Positions 1 to 8,978 of a stretch of 64,000 nt of DNA are shown here, one piece after another. The notes beneath the pieces were generated by a model that had not been told where the DNA came from, ran no database searches, and worked only from the letters and a program-made list of their open reading frames with translations. Within the stretch, counting starts at the first letter, position 1; every line of letters starts with the position of its first letter. Origin of the DNA: Alphaproteobacteria bacterium (GTDB lineage Bacteria; Pseudomonadota; Alphaproteobacteria; MPNO01); the NCBI GenBank assembly GCA_965242495.1, contig OZ251446.1:2820559-2884558 (forward strand), written 5' to 3'. The translations under genes and the position numbers were made by a program.

Positions 1-1
1 C

Positions 2-574
2 GCGCACATGCTGCTGGACCCGCGCGACGCGCGCGGCGGGCCGACGCCCGGCTCGCCGACGACGCCGGGGGCGGTTTACCGGCTTCCGGTGGTGGCGCTG
101 ATCCCGCATCTGGTCGCCGGCCCGATGCTCGGCATCGCCCGGGGCGCCTACGAGGACCATGCCGAGAGCTTGCGCGCCCGGACCTCGGCGTATAATCGCT
201 CGCGCCTGGCCGAGCACACGACCGTCCAGCTGAAGCTCGCCGAGTCGGGGGTGCTGATCCAGAGCGCGCGCCTCCTGATCCACGACAACGTAGCCGAAGC
301 CGCCCGGCGCGCCGAGGCGGACGAGCGGCCATCGGTCGCCGACCGCGCCCGCTGGCGCCGCGACGCGACCCATGCGGCCGGCTGCTGCGTGCGCGCGGTC
401 GATCTCATCTACGCGGTGAACGGCGGCGCGGCGCTCTATCTCGACAACGAGCTCCAGCGCCGGTTCCGCGACATCCACGCCGCCGCCGCCCAGATCCACC
501 TGTCCTGGGACATCAACGGCCCGGAATTCGGCCGCATCGAAGCCGGCCTGCCGCCCTCCAACCCCAACCTGTGA
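2..574 (+). CDS. Acyl-CoA dehydrogenase-fold flavin-dependent oxygenase/dehydrogenase, C-terminal fragment (5' end lies outside the window)
   Basis: The frame is open from the window edge. It carries C-terminal helical-domain motifs typical of Acyl-CoA_dh_2-type proteins (LGIARGAYEDH, TVQLKLAESG, AVDLIYAVNGGAALY, RRFRDIHAA) and has high GC3. Confidence 0.6.
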   Translation, partial: AHMLLDPRDARGGPTPGSPTTPGAVYRLPVVALIPHLVAGPMLGIARGAYEDHAESLRARTSAYNRSRLAEHTTVQLKLAESGVLIQSARLLIHDNVAEAARRAEADERPSVADRARWRRDATHAAGCCVRAVDLIYAVNGGAALYLDNELQRRFRDIHAAAAQIHLSWDINGPEFGRIEAGLPPSNPNL

Positions 575-724
575 CGCGCCGGGGCTTTCCGCCGCGTCAC
601 GAGGCGACGGCGGCGGACGGGCGCATTCCCGCCGCCCGGGGGGCGCGCCCGCGGATGCGGGATCGGAACGGGAAGCTCGCCGTCGCAGGCGGCGTCCCGC
701 CTGCCGGCCTTCCGGCGCGGCGGG

Positions 725-1327
725 TCAGCCCTCGCGGACCACGAGCTCGATATCGGTCAGGCGGTCGCCGTTGATTCCGGTGAGGTCCATCGGGCAGGCC
801 GAGCCTACCGCGATCACGTCCATCAGCGCCCGCAGCGTCACCTTGTCGCCGGGCCGCGCGGGCGACGCCGCGCCGTAGCCGATCGCGCCGTCGGCCTCGA
901 CCGGCGTGTTCTGGAAGAAGTTGATCGGGTCGGGCAGGTGGTTGAACGGGATGTCGAACCCGGCCATCGCCTCGGCCAGATTCGCCCGGCAGCTGCGATG
1001 ATCGGCGACGCCGAAGCCGACGAGGTAACGCTGCGGGTCGCAGGCCGCGAAGATCATGTCGTGGCGCCCGACGTCGTCGGCGACGATCTCGAACATCGGC
1101 CGCCGCTCGACGCTCACCAGCTCGTCGCCCACGCGAAGCGTCAGGCGCAGCAGCTGCGCCCGGCAATGGGCCGGCGAGAGATACTCCCCCACGTCGGCCC
1201 GGTTGAAGGCGAAGAAATCGCAGATCTGCGCGCCGTCCAGGTTCACGATGTCCAACAGCTGCCCGCGATCCACGTCGATCCGTCCGCCATGGCCGCCCTC
1301 GATCCGGCGGGAGCCCGGCATCGTCAT
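725..1327 (-). CDS. DUF1989 (urea-carboxylase-associated) family protein
   Basis: Only the C-terminal 200 aa of track ORF 725..2131 looks real (MTMPGSRRIEGG...DGAQICDFFAFN...GRHDMIFAACD). The start ATG at 1327 overlaps the upstream stop by 4 nt (ATGA). Confidence 0.72.
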   Translation of the reverse strand: MTMPGSRRIEGGHGGRIDVDRGQLLDIVNLDGAQICDFFAFNRADVGEYLSPAHCRAQLLRLTLRVGDELVSVERRPMFEIVADDVGRHDMIFAACDPQRYLVGFGVADHRSCRANLAEAMAGFDIPFNHLPDPINFFQNTPVEADGAIGYGAASPARPGDKVTLRALMDVIAVGSACPMDLTGINGDRLTDIELVVREG

Positions 1328-2316
1328 CTCCCCGGCGCCGGTTCGACGCCGAACAGTCCGGCTGCGGTTTCGCCCAGCACGGCGCGCTCCGCCGCCGCGT
1401 CCAGCCCGGCCTCGCGCACGGTCCTGCAGGGTTCGAGATCGCCGATCGCGAACGGGTAGTCCGATCCCAGCATCACCCGGCCCGCCCCCGCCCGGCCGCA
1501 CAGGAAACGCAGCGCCTCCGCGTCCGACAGCACGGAATCGAAATAGAGCCGGTCGAAGCCCGCCGCCGGGTCGGCGTATTCGGGATGGAGCCGGTGGTTC
1601 CTGGCCAGCCGGCCCAGCAGGAAGGGAAGCGCGCCGCCGCCATGCGCGACCACGAAGCGCATGCCCGGATAGCGCAGGAAATGGCCGGCGTATAGCAGGC
1701 GCGCGACCGCGGTGGTGGTGTCGAGGCCGCGGCCGACGGCGTTGATCATGTCGTAATCCGACAGCCTGGGATCGCCGCAGCCGAACATGGGATGCAGAAA
1801 CAGGGTGGCGCCGAGTTCCGACGCCGCCTCCCAGAACGGGTCCAGGGCCGGGTCGTCCAGATTGCCCGCGCTTCCCTTGGGCTGGGTGCCGATCATGGCT
1901 CCGGCGAAGCCCGCGGCGAGGGCCTCGCGCAGGACCTCGGCGGCGAGCCGGCCGTCCTGCATCGGCACGGTGGCCAGCGCCGCCAGATTGCCGCGCCCGG
2001 TCGTCCCGGCGAGCAGATGCTCGTTGACGAACCGGCTCCAGGCGGCGCCCTCTCGCGCCGGGAGCTCGTAGCCGAAGCTGTCGAGCCAGCCGCCGCACAC
2101 CTGCGCGTCGATGCCTTGCGAGGCCATCCATTCCTGGCGCGGTTCGAGCGCGCGAAGGCGCGGCATGACCGGCCGGGTCGGGGCGCCGCCGGCGAAGCTG
2201 AGCTTGTAGCTGTCGCCGTCCCGCAGCAATTCGACCGACGGAAAGTCGCCGGCGCGCCGCGCCAGCGCGTCCAGCATCGGCTGGGGGACGAAATGCGCGT
2301 GGGTGTCGATGATCAT
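1324..2316 (-). CDS. Amidohydrolase_2 family metal-dependent hydrolase/decarboxylase (ACMSD-like)
   Basis: N-terminus MIIDTHAHFVP carries the HxH metal motif, and a later HGGG motif is present. The start ATG at 2316 overlaps the stop of the large-subunit gene (ATGA). Confidence 0.8.
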   Translation of the reverse strand: MIIDTHAHFVPQPMLDALARRAGDFPSVELLRDGDSYKLSFAGGAPTRPVMPRLRALEPRQEWMASQGIDAQVCGGWLDSFGYELPAREGAAWSRFVNEHLLAGTTGRGNLAALATVPMQDGRLAAEVLREALAAGFAGAMIGTQPKGSAGNLDDPALDPFWEAASELGATLFLHPMFGCGDPRLSDYDMINAVGRGLDTTTAVARLLYAGHFLRYPGMRFVVAHGGGALPFLLGRLARNHRLHPEYADPAAGFDRLYFDSVLSDAEALRFLCGRAGAGRVMLGSDYPFAIGDLEPCRTVREAGLDAAAERAVLGETAAGLFGVEPAPGR

Positions 2317-4727
2317 CCGGCCTGCTCCGTTCGTCTGCGATGGATCGCGGCTTCGATGTCTCCGATGCGGATCGGCAGCTCGTCGATCGCGATGCCGAGC
2401 GGCGCCAGCGCGTCGTTGACCGCGCTGGCGACCGCCGCCGGGGCGCCGAGATAGCCGCCTTCGCCCGAACCCTTCTGCCCCAGCGAGGTCAGCGGCGACG
2501 GCGTACAATGCTCCACGTCCCGGATCGTCGGCACTTCGTGGACCGAGGGCAGCAGATAGTCCACGAACGTGCCCGACAGATGCTGGCCGTCGGCGTCGTA
2601 TTCGAACTTCTCGTACAACGCGGCGCCGATGCCGTGGGCGATGCCGCCCAGGATCATGCCGCGCACGATGTCGGGGTTGATGACCGTGCCGCAGTCATGG
2701 GCGACGGCGTAGTCCAGCAGCGCGACCTTGCCGGTCCCCGGGTCGATCTCGACCAGCGGCAGATGCGCCTGGAAGGAAAAGCACGGGTAGAGCCGCGCCC
2801 GCCCCTCCGCATCCGGCAGCGCGCCGCCGCCCGGCACCGGGGTCACCGCCATCGCCTGCAGGCCGGGCTCCGTCCCCGGCGGCATCCGGTGCAGCTGCCG
2901 ATGGGCGATGAAGGCGACCTCCTCCCAGGTCAGCCGCCGCGCCGGCGCGCCGCGCACGGCGAACTCGCCCATGGCGTAGTCGATCCGCGCCTCCTCGACG
3001 CCGAGATCGTGCGCGGCGATGCGGATCATGCGCGCCTTGATCGCGCGCGCCGCCTGCGACGTCGCGCCGCCGAGTACGATCGCCATCCGGCTGGCGACCG
3101 GGCTCCGGGTCGGCAGCGCGTCGAGCGAGGCGGCGTGGACGACGCGGATCGCGTCGGGGTCGCGCTCGAGCTCCTCGCCGGCCACCGTGGCGACCAGCGT
3201 CTCGTGCCCCTGTCCCGACGTCGTGGTCGCCATCGCCGCGGTGACGCCGCCATGCGGGTCGACTTTCATCAGGCAGGATTCGACGAAGGTCGTGACCTCG
3301 AGCCGCGGATTGATCATCGACTCGAAGACGTTGTTGCCGCCGCCCGGTTCCAGGCAGGTCGCGATCCCGATCCCGGCCAGCCGGCCGTCGGCGCGCAGAC
3401 GGTCGCGGCGCGCGATCAGCTCGGGGTAGCGCGCCAGCGCCAGGGCCTTGTCCAGCACCGCGTGATAATCGCCCGAATCGTATTCGGCGCCCGAAGGGAT
3501 GCGCCAGGGGAACTCGTCGCGGCGGATGAAGTTGCGTCGGCGCGCCTCCAGCCGGTCGATCCCCAGCCGCCGGGCCACGCGCTCGATGCCGGTCTCGATG
3601 GCGAAGTTGGTGGGCGACTGGCCGAAGCCGCGCACCGGTACCTGGCCGGTCTTGTTCGAGGCGACCGAGATCGCCTCGTAGGCGACCGAGTTGATCCGGT
3701 AAGGACCGACGATGGCGGTGATCGGCTTTCCCAGCTGCAGCGGCGCGCGGCCGGGATAGGCGCCTGTGTCGTCGATCGCCCGCATCTTCATCGAGCGCAC
3801 CAGCCCGTCGTCGTCGAAGGCGAGCGTCACGTCGAAGATGCGGTCGGGGCCATGGGCGTCGCCGCCCGACATGTTGTCGAGCCGGTCCTCGATCAGCCGT
3901 ACCGGCGCGCCCAGCTTGCGCGCGAGATAGCCGGCCAGAACCGTATGCTTGATGCCCCGCTTGACGCCGTAGCTGCCGCCCACGTCGACGTCGTTATGCA
4001 CCTGGACGGCGTTCAAGGGGATGCCGAGGGCGTCGGCGATCTGCTCCGCATAGTTGGGCATCTGGATGGAGGCCCAGACGTCGAGGATCCGCCGCGCCTC
4101 GTCCCAGCGCGCGACCACGCCGAAGGTCTCGATCGGGACGGTCGCGCTGCGCCCCCAGCGCGCGCGGTAGGACAGTCGGTGCCGGGCGGCGGCGAAGTCT
4201 TCGGCCACCGGCCCCCATTCGAACGCGCCCCGATAGAGCACGTTGCTGCCATGGTCGGGATGGACCAGCGGCGCGTCGTCCCGCATCGCCGCCTCCGAAT
4301 CGACCGCGGCCGGCAGCGGCCGGTACTCGACCTCGATCTTTTCGGCCGCGTCCTCGGCGGCGTAGCGCGAGTCCGCGGCCACCGCCGCGACCCATTCGCC
4401 GGCATAGCGCGTCATGCCGACCGCCAGCGGGCGCCATTTCACCGCCGGCAGATGGAGGCCGTGGAACAGCGGCTTCGTAGCCCCGGCGAGCTCGTCGCCG
4501 GTGAGCACGGCTTCCACGCCGGGCGAAGCGAGGGCGCGCGTCGCGTCGATGCGCCGTATCTCGGCGCGGGCGTGCGGGCTCGCCGCCAGGGCGACGTGTT
4601 TCATGCCGGGCAGCCGCAGATCGGCGACGAACTTCCCGCTTCCGGCGACGAAGCGCCGGTCCTCCCGCACCCGCCGCTTGCGCGAGACGTGGAGGTAGTT
4701 GGCGCCGCGCGCCGGCGCGTCAGCCAT
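2313..4727 (-). CDS. Molybdopterin-dependent hydroxylase large subunit (xanthine dehydrogenase / CoxL family)
   Basis: 804-aa ORF with family-typical N-terminus (RVREDRRFVAGSGKFVADL, HVALAASPHARAEI) and organisation throughout. It overlaps the small-subunit gene end by 8 nt. Confidence 0.85.
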   Translation of the reverse strand: MADAPARGANYLHVSRKRRVREDRRFVAGSGKFVADLRLPGMKHVALAASPHARAEIRRIDATRALASPGVEAVLTGDELAGATKPLFHGLHLPAVKWRPLAVGMTRYAGEWVAAVAADSRYAAEDAAEKIEVEYRPLPAAVDSEAAMRDDAPLVHPDHGSNVLYRGAFEWGPVAEDFAAARHRLSYRARWGRSATVPIETFGVVARWDEARRILDVWASIQMPNYAEQIADALGIPLNAVQVHNDVDVGGSYGVKRGIKHTVLAGYLARKLGAPVRLIEDRLDNMSGGDAHGPDRIFDVTLAFDDDGLVRSMKMRAIDDTGAYPGRAPLQLGKPITAIVGPYRINSVAYEAISVASNKTGQVPVRGFGQSPTNFAIETGIERVARRLGIDRLEARRRNFIRRDEFPWRIPSGAEYDSGDYHAVLDKALALARYPELIARRDRLRADGRLAGIGIATCLEPGGGNNVFESMINPRLEVTTFVESCLMKVDPHGGVTAAMATTTSGQGHETLVATVAGEELERDPDAIRVVHAASLDALPTRSPVASRMAIVLGGATSQAARAIKARMIRIAAHDLGVEEARIDYAMGEFAVRGAPARRLTWEEVAFIAHRQLHRMPPGTEPGLQAMAVTPVPGGGALPDAEGRARLYPCFSFQAHLPLVEIDPGTGKVALLDYAVAHDCGTVINPDIVRGMILGGIAHGIGAALYEKFEYDADGQHLSGTFVDYLLPSVHEVPTIRDVEHCTPSPLTSLGQKGSGEGGYLGAPAAVASAVNDALAPLGIAIDELPIRIGDIEAAIHRRRTEQAG

Positions 4728-5211
4728 CGCGGGTCGCCTCCGCCGCGCGCCGCGCGGCGAGCCGGATCGCCTCGACGATCTGGACGTAGCCGGTGCAGCG
4801 GCACAGGTTGCCGCCGATCGCCTCCCGGATCTCCTCGTCGGAGGGGTCCGGGTTCGACCGCAGCAGCGCCTCCGCGGCGACGATCATGCCCGGCGTGCAA
4901 TAGCCGCACTGCATCGCGTGCGCTTCCCAGAAACAGTCCTGCACCGAGCCGGGCGCGCCGTCGGCGCCGGCCAGCCCCTCGATGGTCGTCACCTCGTGGC
5001 CCGCGGCCTGGACGGCGAACAGCAGGCAGGACCGGATCGCCTCGCCGTCGAGCAGCACCGAGCACGCGCCGCAGACGCCGTGCTCGCAGCCGACATGGGT
5101 CCCGGTCAACCCCAGCTCGTCGCGCAGAAAATCGACCAGCGTCAGGCGCGGCGCGACCTCGGCCCGCCGCGGCCGGCCGTTGACGGCGACGACGATCTCG
5201 CGCCGCGTCAC
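4720..5211 (-). CDS. (2Fe-2S)-binding small subunit of the molybdo-hydroxylase (CoxS-like)
   Basis: Both cluster motifs are present: [11 protein letters not shown] and QCGYCTPG...CRCTGY. The start GTG at 5211 overlaps the CoxM-like stop (GTGA). The upstream part of track ORF 4720..6036 is spurious. Confidence 0.85.
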   Translation of the reverse strand: MTRREIVVAVNGRPRRAEVAPRLTLVDFLRDELGLTGTHVGCEHGVCGACSVLLDGEAIRSCLLFAVQAAGHEVTTIEGLAGADGAPGSVQDCFWEAHAMQCGYCTPGMIVAAEALLRSNPDPSDEEIREAIGGNLCRCTGYVQIVEAIRLAARRAAEATRDG

Positions 5212-6086
5212 GTCCGCGCCTCCGCCGCGGCGTCGCGGATGGCGCGGGCGAGCAGCACCCGGCACACCCGGCGCCGATAGGCCGCGCTCGCGTGCAGGTC
5301 GTCGTCCGGCTCGATCGCCGGATCGATCAGCGCCAGCGCTTCGTCCAGCTCGCCTTCGCCCAGGCGGGTCCCGGTCAGCGCCCGCTCGATCGCCGTGAAC
5401 CGGACCGGAACGGGCCCGACGCCGCCGGCCGCGGCCGCCAGGCGCGCGCACCTCCCGCCGGCGTCGAGCCGAAGCTGGGCGCAGGCGGCGACGATCGCGA
5501 AGTCGCCGGCGCGGCTCGCGACCTCGTGGAAGGCGGCGCCGACGCGGCCGCCCGGCCATACCGGGAAGCGGATCTCGGTCAGGCACTGGTCGGGGCGCAG
5601 CGCGGTGACCATCGGCGCGGCGAAGAATTCGCCGGCGGCGAAGACGGTCTCGCCCTCGCCGCTGCGGGCGATCAGCGTCGCGTCGAGGGCGCGGGCCGCC
5701 AGCGGGATCTCGGCCGCCGGATCTCCATGCGCCAACGACCCGCCGATCGTACCCCGGTTGCGGATCTGGACGTGGCCGACGAAAGCCAGCGCCCTGGCCA
5801 ACAGAGGCGCGCGGGCGCGGACCTCGCCCGACAGTTCGGCCCGGCGCTGGCGGGTGCAGGCCTTGATCGTCAGCTCGCCGTCCGCAACGCGGACGCCGCG
5901 CAGCTCGGCCACGTCGTTGATGTCGATCAGCAGCGACGGGCGCGCCAGGCGCATCGCCATCAGGGGCGCCAACGTCTGCCCCCCGGCGACGATCTTGCGC
6001 TCGGCCCCGCCATCCGCCCCGGCGAGCGCCTCGCACGCCTCGCCGACGCTGCCGGCGCGGAGATAGTCGAATTCCGCCGCTTTCAT
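5208..6086 (-). CDS. FAD-binding medium subunit of the molybdo-hydroxylase (CoxM-like)
   Basis: MKAAEFDYLRAGSVGEA...IVAGGQTLAPLM...IRNRGTIGGSLAH is typical of FAD_binding_5/CO_deh_flav_C proteins. It is the first gene of the five-gene minus-strand operon. Confidence 0.85.
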   Translation of the reverse strand: MKAAEFDYLRAGSVGEACEALAGADGGAERKIVAGGQTLAPLMAMRLARPSLLIDINDVAELRGVRVADGELTIKACTRQRRAELSGEVRARAPLLARALAFVGHVQIRNRGTIGGSLAHGDPAAEIPLAARALDATLIARSGEGETVFAAGEFFAAPMVTALRPDQCLTEIRFPVWPGGRVGAAFHEVASRAGDFAIVAACAQLRLDAGGRCARLAAAAGGVGPVPVRFTAIERALTGTRLGEGELDEALALIDPAIEPDDDLHASAAYRRRVCRVLLARAIRDAAAEART

Positions 6087-6354
6087 CCCCGGCCCGGTCC
6101 GCCCCCGCGCCCCGCGTATGGCGCGCGGGCAGTTACCCCGTCCCGCCCACCGCGGTCAAGCGACGCGGCGGCCGCGCCGTTCGTCGGCCGCACGGGCGGC
6201 GCCGGTCTGCGCCGCCGCGACCTCCCGGTCGGGAGCGCCGAAGAGCCTCCGTTCTCCGTTGGAAGACGTTCATGAATCACCGACAACCCGTTTTACGCCG
6301 CCCGCCGCCCGGAATATGGTCCGCGCCGCAAGTCGGCCGGCAGGGACGTCGCGC

Positions 6355-6996
6355 ATGAGCTCGATCCGCTATCCGGTTCTCGTCTGTCTGGGGGCGGCGA
6401 TGCTCGCCGCCGCTTCGCCGGTCGGGGCGGCGTCTGCGCCCGAGGCGTCCGCCTTGCCCGAGGCGGCGTCCGCCTTCGTCCGCGATCTCGGCGACCGCGT
6501 GGTCGAGCTGCGGCGCGCGCCCGACCGCAGCCGCGCCGCCCGCCACGCGGCCTTTCGCGAGCTGCTGGCCCGGAAGTTCGACATGCGTCTGATCGGCCGC
6601 TACGCCGTCGGGCGGCATTGGCGTCGGGCGAGCGCGGCGCAGCGGCGGGACTATCTCGCCTTGTTCCGCGAATACGTCGTGCTCACCTATGCGGAGCGGC
6701 TGGGCAGGGACGGCGGCGAGCGACTCGAAGTCGTCTCCGAGCGGGCGCTCGCCAACGGCAGGGACGTGCTGGTCGCCGCCCGCATCCGGCGTCCGTCCCG
6801 ACCGCCGATCGAGACCACCCTCCGGGTCCGCGAGACCGGACGCGGGCTCCGCATCGTCGATGTCCTGGTCGCCGGCGCCAGCATGGTGGTCACCCAGCGG
6901 GAGGAGTTCGGCGCCGTCGTCGGCAGGAGCGGGATGGACGGTTTGCTGGAGATTCTCCGCGCGCGGATCGCCGACCTGTCGGCGACGGACGGCTGA
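6355..6996 (+). CDS. MlaC/Ttg2D-family periplasmic phospholipid-binding protein
   Basis: Signal peptide MSSIRYPVLVCLGAAMLAAASPVGAA, then an MlaC-like pattern (FDMRLIGRYAVGRHWRRASAAQRRDYLALFREYVVLTY...IVDVLVAGASMVVTQREEF). The N-terminal 79 codons of the track ORF were rejected. Confidence 0.7.
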   Translation: MSSIRYPVLVCLGAAMLAAASPVGAASAPEASALPEAASAFVRDLGDRVVELRRAPDRSRAARHAAFRELLARKFDMRLIGRYAVGRHWRRASAAQRRDYLALFREYVVLTYAERLGRDGGERLEVVSERALANGRDVLVAARIRRPSRPPIETTLRVRETGRGLRIVDVLVAGASMVVTQREEFGAVVGRSGMDGLLEILRARIADLSATDG

Positions 6997-7011
6997 GCGC
7001 CGGTTCGGGCG

Positions 7012-7665
7012 ATGCCCGCGGTTCCGGTGCTGACCCAGGCGGGCTTCCGCCGCGCCGTCGACGCGCTGGCCGCGGCCGATGCGGATCTCGGGCGCGTGGT
7101 CGCCGGGTTCGGCCGCCCGCCGATGCGGCGGCGCGAGCAGGGGTTCGCCACCCTCGTCCTGTTGATCCTGGAGCAGCAGGTCTCGCTGGCGTCGGCGCGC
7201 GCGACCTTCGACCGGCTCGCGGGCCGGATCGGCGCGGTCGAGCCGGCGCGCATTCTCGCCCTCGGCGAGGGCGAGCTGCGCGCCCTCGGGCTGAGCCGCC
7301 AGAAGGCGCGCTACGTCGGCGGGCTGGCGGAGAGCGTCCGCGACGGCGCGCTCGATCTCGCCCGGCTGGCGGCGCTTCCCGACGCGGCCGCGCACGCCGC
7401 GCTGGTCGGCGTCACCGGGATCGGCGACTGGACGGCGGACGTCTATCTGATGACCGCGCTGCGGCGTCCCGACGTGTGGCCGACGAAGGATCTGGCGCTC
7501 GCCGTCGCGACCCGGGAGGTGAAGCGGCTCGGCGCCCGGCCCGGCCCGGTCGAACTCGCCGCGGTCGGCGAGGCCTGGCGGCCGCGGCGCGCCGTCGCCG
7601 CCCGCATCCTGTGGCATCACTACCTGAACACCAAGCGACGCGGCGCCGGAGGCCGTCCGACATGA
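7012..7665 (+). CDS. HhH-GPD DNA glycosylase (AlkA-type DNA-3-methyladenine glycosylase II)
   Basis: LILEQQVSLASARATFDRL...LSRQKARYVGGLA...LVGVTGIGDWTADVYL contains the helix-hairpin-helix/GPD region with its catalytic Asp context. Confidence 0.75.
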   Translation: MPAVPVLTQAGFRRAVDALAAADADLGRVVAGFGRPPMRRREQGFATLVLLILEQQVSLASARATFDRLAGRIGAVEPARILALGEGELRALGLSRQKARYVGGLAESVRDGALDLARLAALPDAAAHAALVGVTGIGDWTADVYLMTALRRPDVWPTKDLALAVATREVKRLGARPGPVELAAVGEAWRPRRAVAARILWHHYLNTKRRGAGGRPT

Positions 7666-8339
7666 CCGACATGATGGAACTCGCCGGCCCGCGTTTCGGC
7701 CCGGCGTCGGGCGGCGCGGCCCGTCGGCTGGTCGTTCTGCTGCACGGGTTGGGGGCCGACGGCGACGACCTGATCCCGCTCGCGCCGCATTTCGCCGAGG
7801 CCCTGCCCGACGCCGCCTTCGTCTCGCCCAACGCGCCCTATCCCTGCGACATGGCGCCGCACGGCTACCAGTGGTTCAGCATCCAGACGACCGACCCGGT
7901 CCTCGGCCTCGCCCGGATCCGCCAGACCGCCCGGATATTGAATGCGTTCCTCGACGCCGAACTCGCTCGCCGCGGGCTCGCCGACCGCGACCTCGCTCTG
8001 GTCGGATTCTCCCAGGGCGCGATGATGTCGCTGTTCGTGGCGCCCCGGCGCGATTCCGCCTGCGCCGGCGTCGTCGGCTATTCCGGGCGGCTCGATTCCC
8101 CCGACGCCCTGGCCGCCGAACTCCGTTCCCGGCCGCCGGTCGTCTTGATCCACGGCGAGCGGGACGAGCTGCTGCCGGCGGCCTTGATGGACGCCGCCGC
8201 GCAGGCGCTGCGGTCGAACGGGATCGAGGTCGAGACCCATCTTCGCCCGGGCCTCGGTCACGGCATCGACGAAGCCGGGATCCAGCTCGGCAGGCGATTC
8301 CTCCGCCGGGCGCTCGCGCCCTCCGACGGCGGCGGGTGA
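7662..8339 (+). CDS. Phospholipase/carboxylesterase family alpha/beta hydrolase
   Basis: VVLLHGLGADGDDL, a GFSQGAMM nucleophile elbow, and HGERDELLP...GLGHGI. The ATG at 7662 overlaps the previous stop (ATGA). Confidence 0.75.
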   Translation: MTDMMELAGPRFGPASGGAARRLVVLLHGLGADGDDLIPLAPHFAEALPDAAFVSPNAPYPCDMAPHGYQWFSIQTTDPVLGLARIRQTARILNAFLDAELARRGLADRDLALVGFSQGAMMSLFVAPRRDSACAGVVGYSGRLDSPDALAAELRSRPPVVLIHGERDELLPAALMDAAAQALRSNGIEVETHLRPGLGHGIDEAGIQLGRRFLRRALAPSDGGG

Positions 8340-8396
8340 TGGCGCGCGGCCCGTCGATCCGGCTATAGTCGGGCCAATCGATCAGGATACGATCCC

Positions 8397-8957
8397 GTGA
8401 GCGCTCCCAGCGACTGCCCGGCCCTGGTGCTCAACGCCGACTACCGGCCGTTGAGCTACTTCCCGCTGTCGCTCTGGTCGTGGCAGGATGCGGTCAAGGC
8501 GGCGTTCCTCGAACGGGTGAGCATCCTCTCCGAGTACGAGCGCATCGTGCGCTCGCCCGGCTTCGCGATGCGCCTGCCAAGCGTCATCGCCCTCAAGACC
8601 TACATCCCGATGGCGCGGCGCCCGGCCTTCACCCGGTTCAACGTGTTCCTGCGCGATCGCTTCGCGTGCCAGTACTGCGCCTCGGCGATGCCGGCCTCGG
8701 ACCTCACCTTCGATCACGTCGTGCCGCGCTCGCGCGGCGGCTACACCGCCTGGGACAACGTCGTCGCGGCCTGCACCGGCTGCAATCTCAGGAAGGGCGA
8801 CCGGTTGCCGCAGGAGCGCGGGATGCGCCCGCGCCGCCCCCCGCGCGAGCCGACCAACCACGAGCTGCAGGAGAACGGCCGCGCCTTCCCGCCCAACTTC
8901 CTGCACCAGAGCTGGAGCGACTTCCTCTACTGGGACAGCGAACTGGATCCCGGATAG
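8397..8957 (+). CDS. HNH endonuclease family protein
   Basis: CQYC...FDHVVPRSRGGYTAWDNVVAACTGCNLRKG is the HNH/zinc-ribbon motif. The start codon is GTG. Confidence 0.75.
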   Translation: MSAPSDCPALVLNADYRPLSYFPLSLWSWQDAVKAAFLERVSILSEYERIVRSPGFAMRLPSVIALKTYIPMARRPAFTRFNVFLRDRFACQYCASAMPASDLTFDHVVPRSRGGYTAWDNVVAACTGCNLRKGDRLPQERGMRPRRPPREPTNHELQENGRAFPPNFLHQSWSDFLYWDSELDPG

Positions 8958-8978
8958 CCTTCCGGACGGCCATGGACG

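Noticed and set aside
574-725. Inverted repeat TGACGCG-N14-CGCGTCA just after the first gene, as a terminator
   Set aside because: The stem is short (7 bp), the loop is large, and there is no U-tract. It is not distinguishable from chance in GC-rich DNA.
2340-5183. 947-aa plus-strand ORF
   Set aside because: It lies antisense to the well-supported CoxL-like and CoxS-like genes. Its composition is Arg/Gly/Ala/Pro-rich and low-complexity, typical of stop-free antisense frames in roughly 70% GC DNA. I recognise no family motifs.
8359-8375. Shared motif GCTATAGTC(G/C)GGGC upstream of the HNH gene (8359-8375) and of the 97-aa ORF (12949-12969), as a possible promoter -10
   Set aside because: There are only two copies, and no convincing -35 hexamer at 16-18 nt in either case. 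The evidence is too thin to call as a feature.
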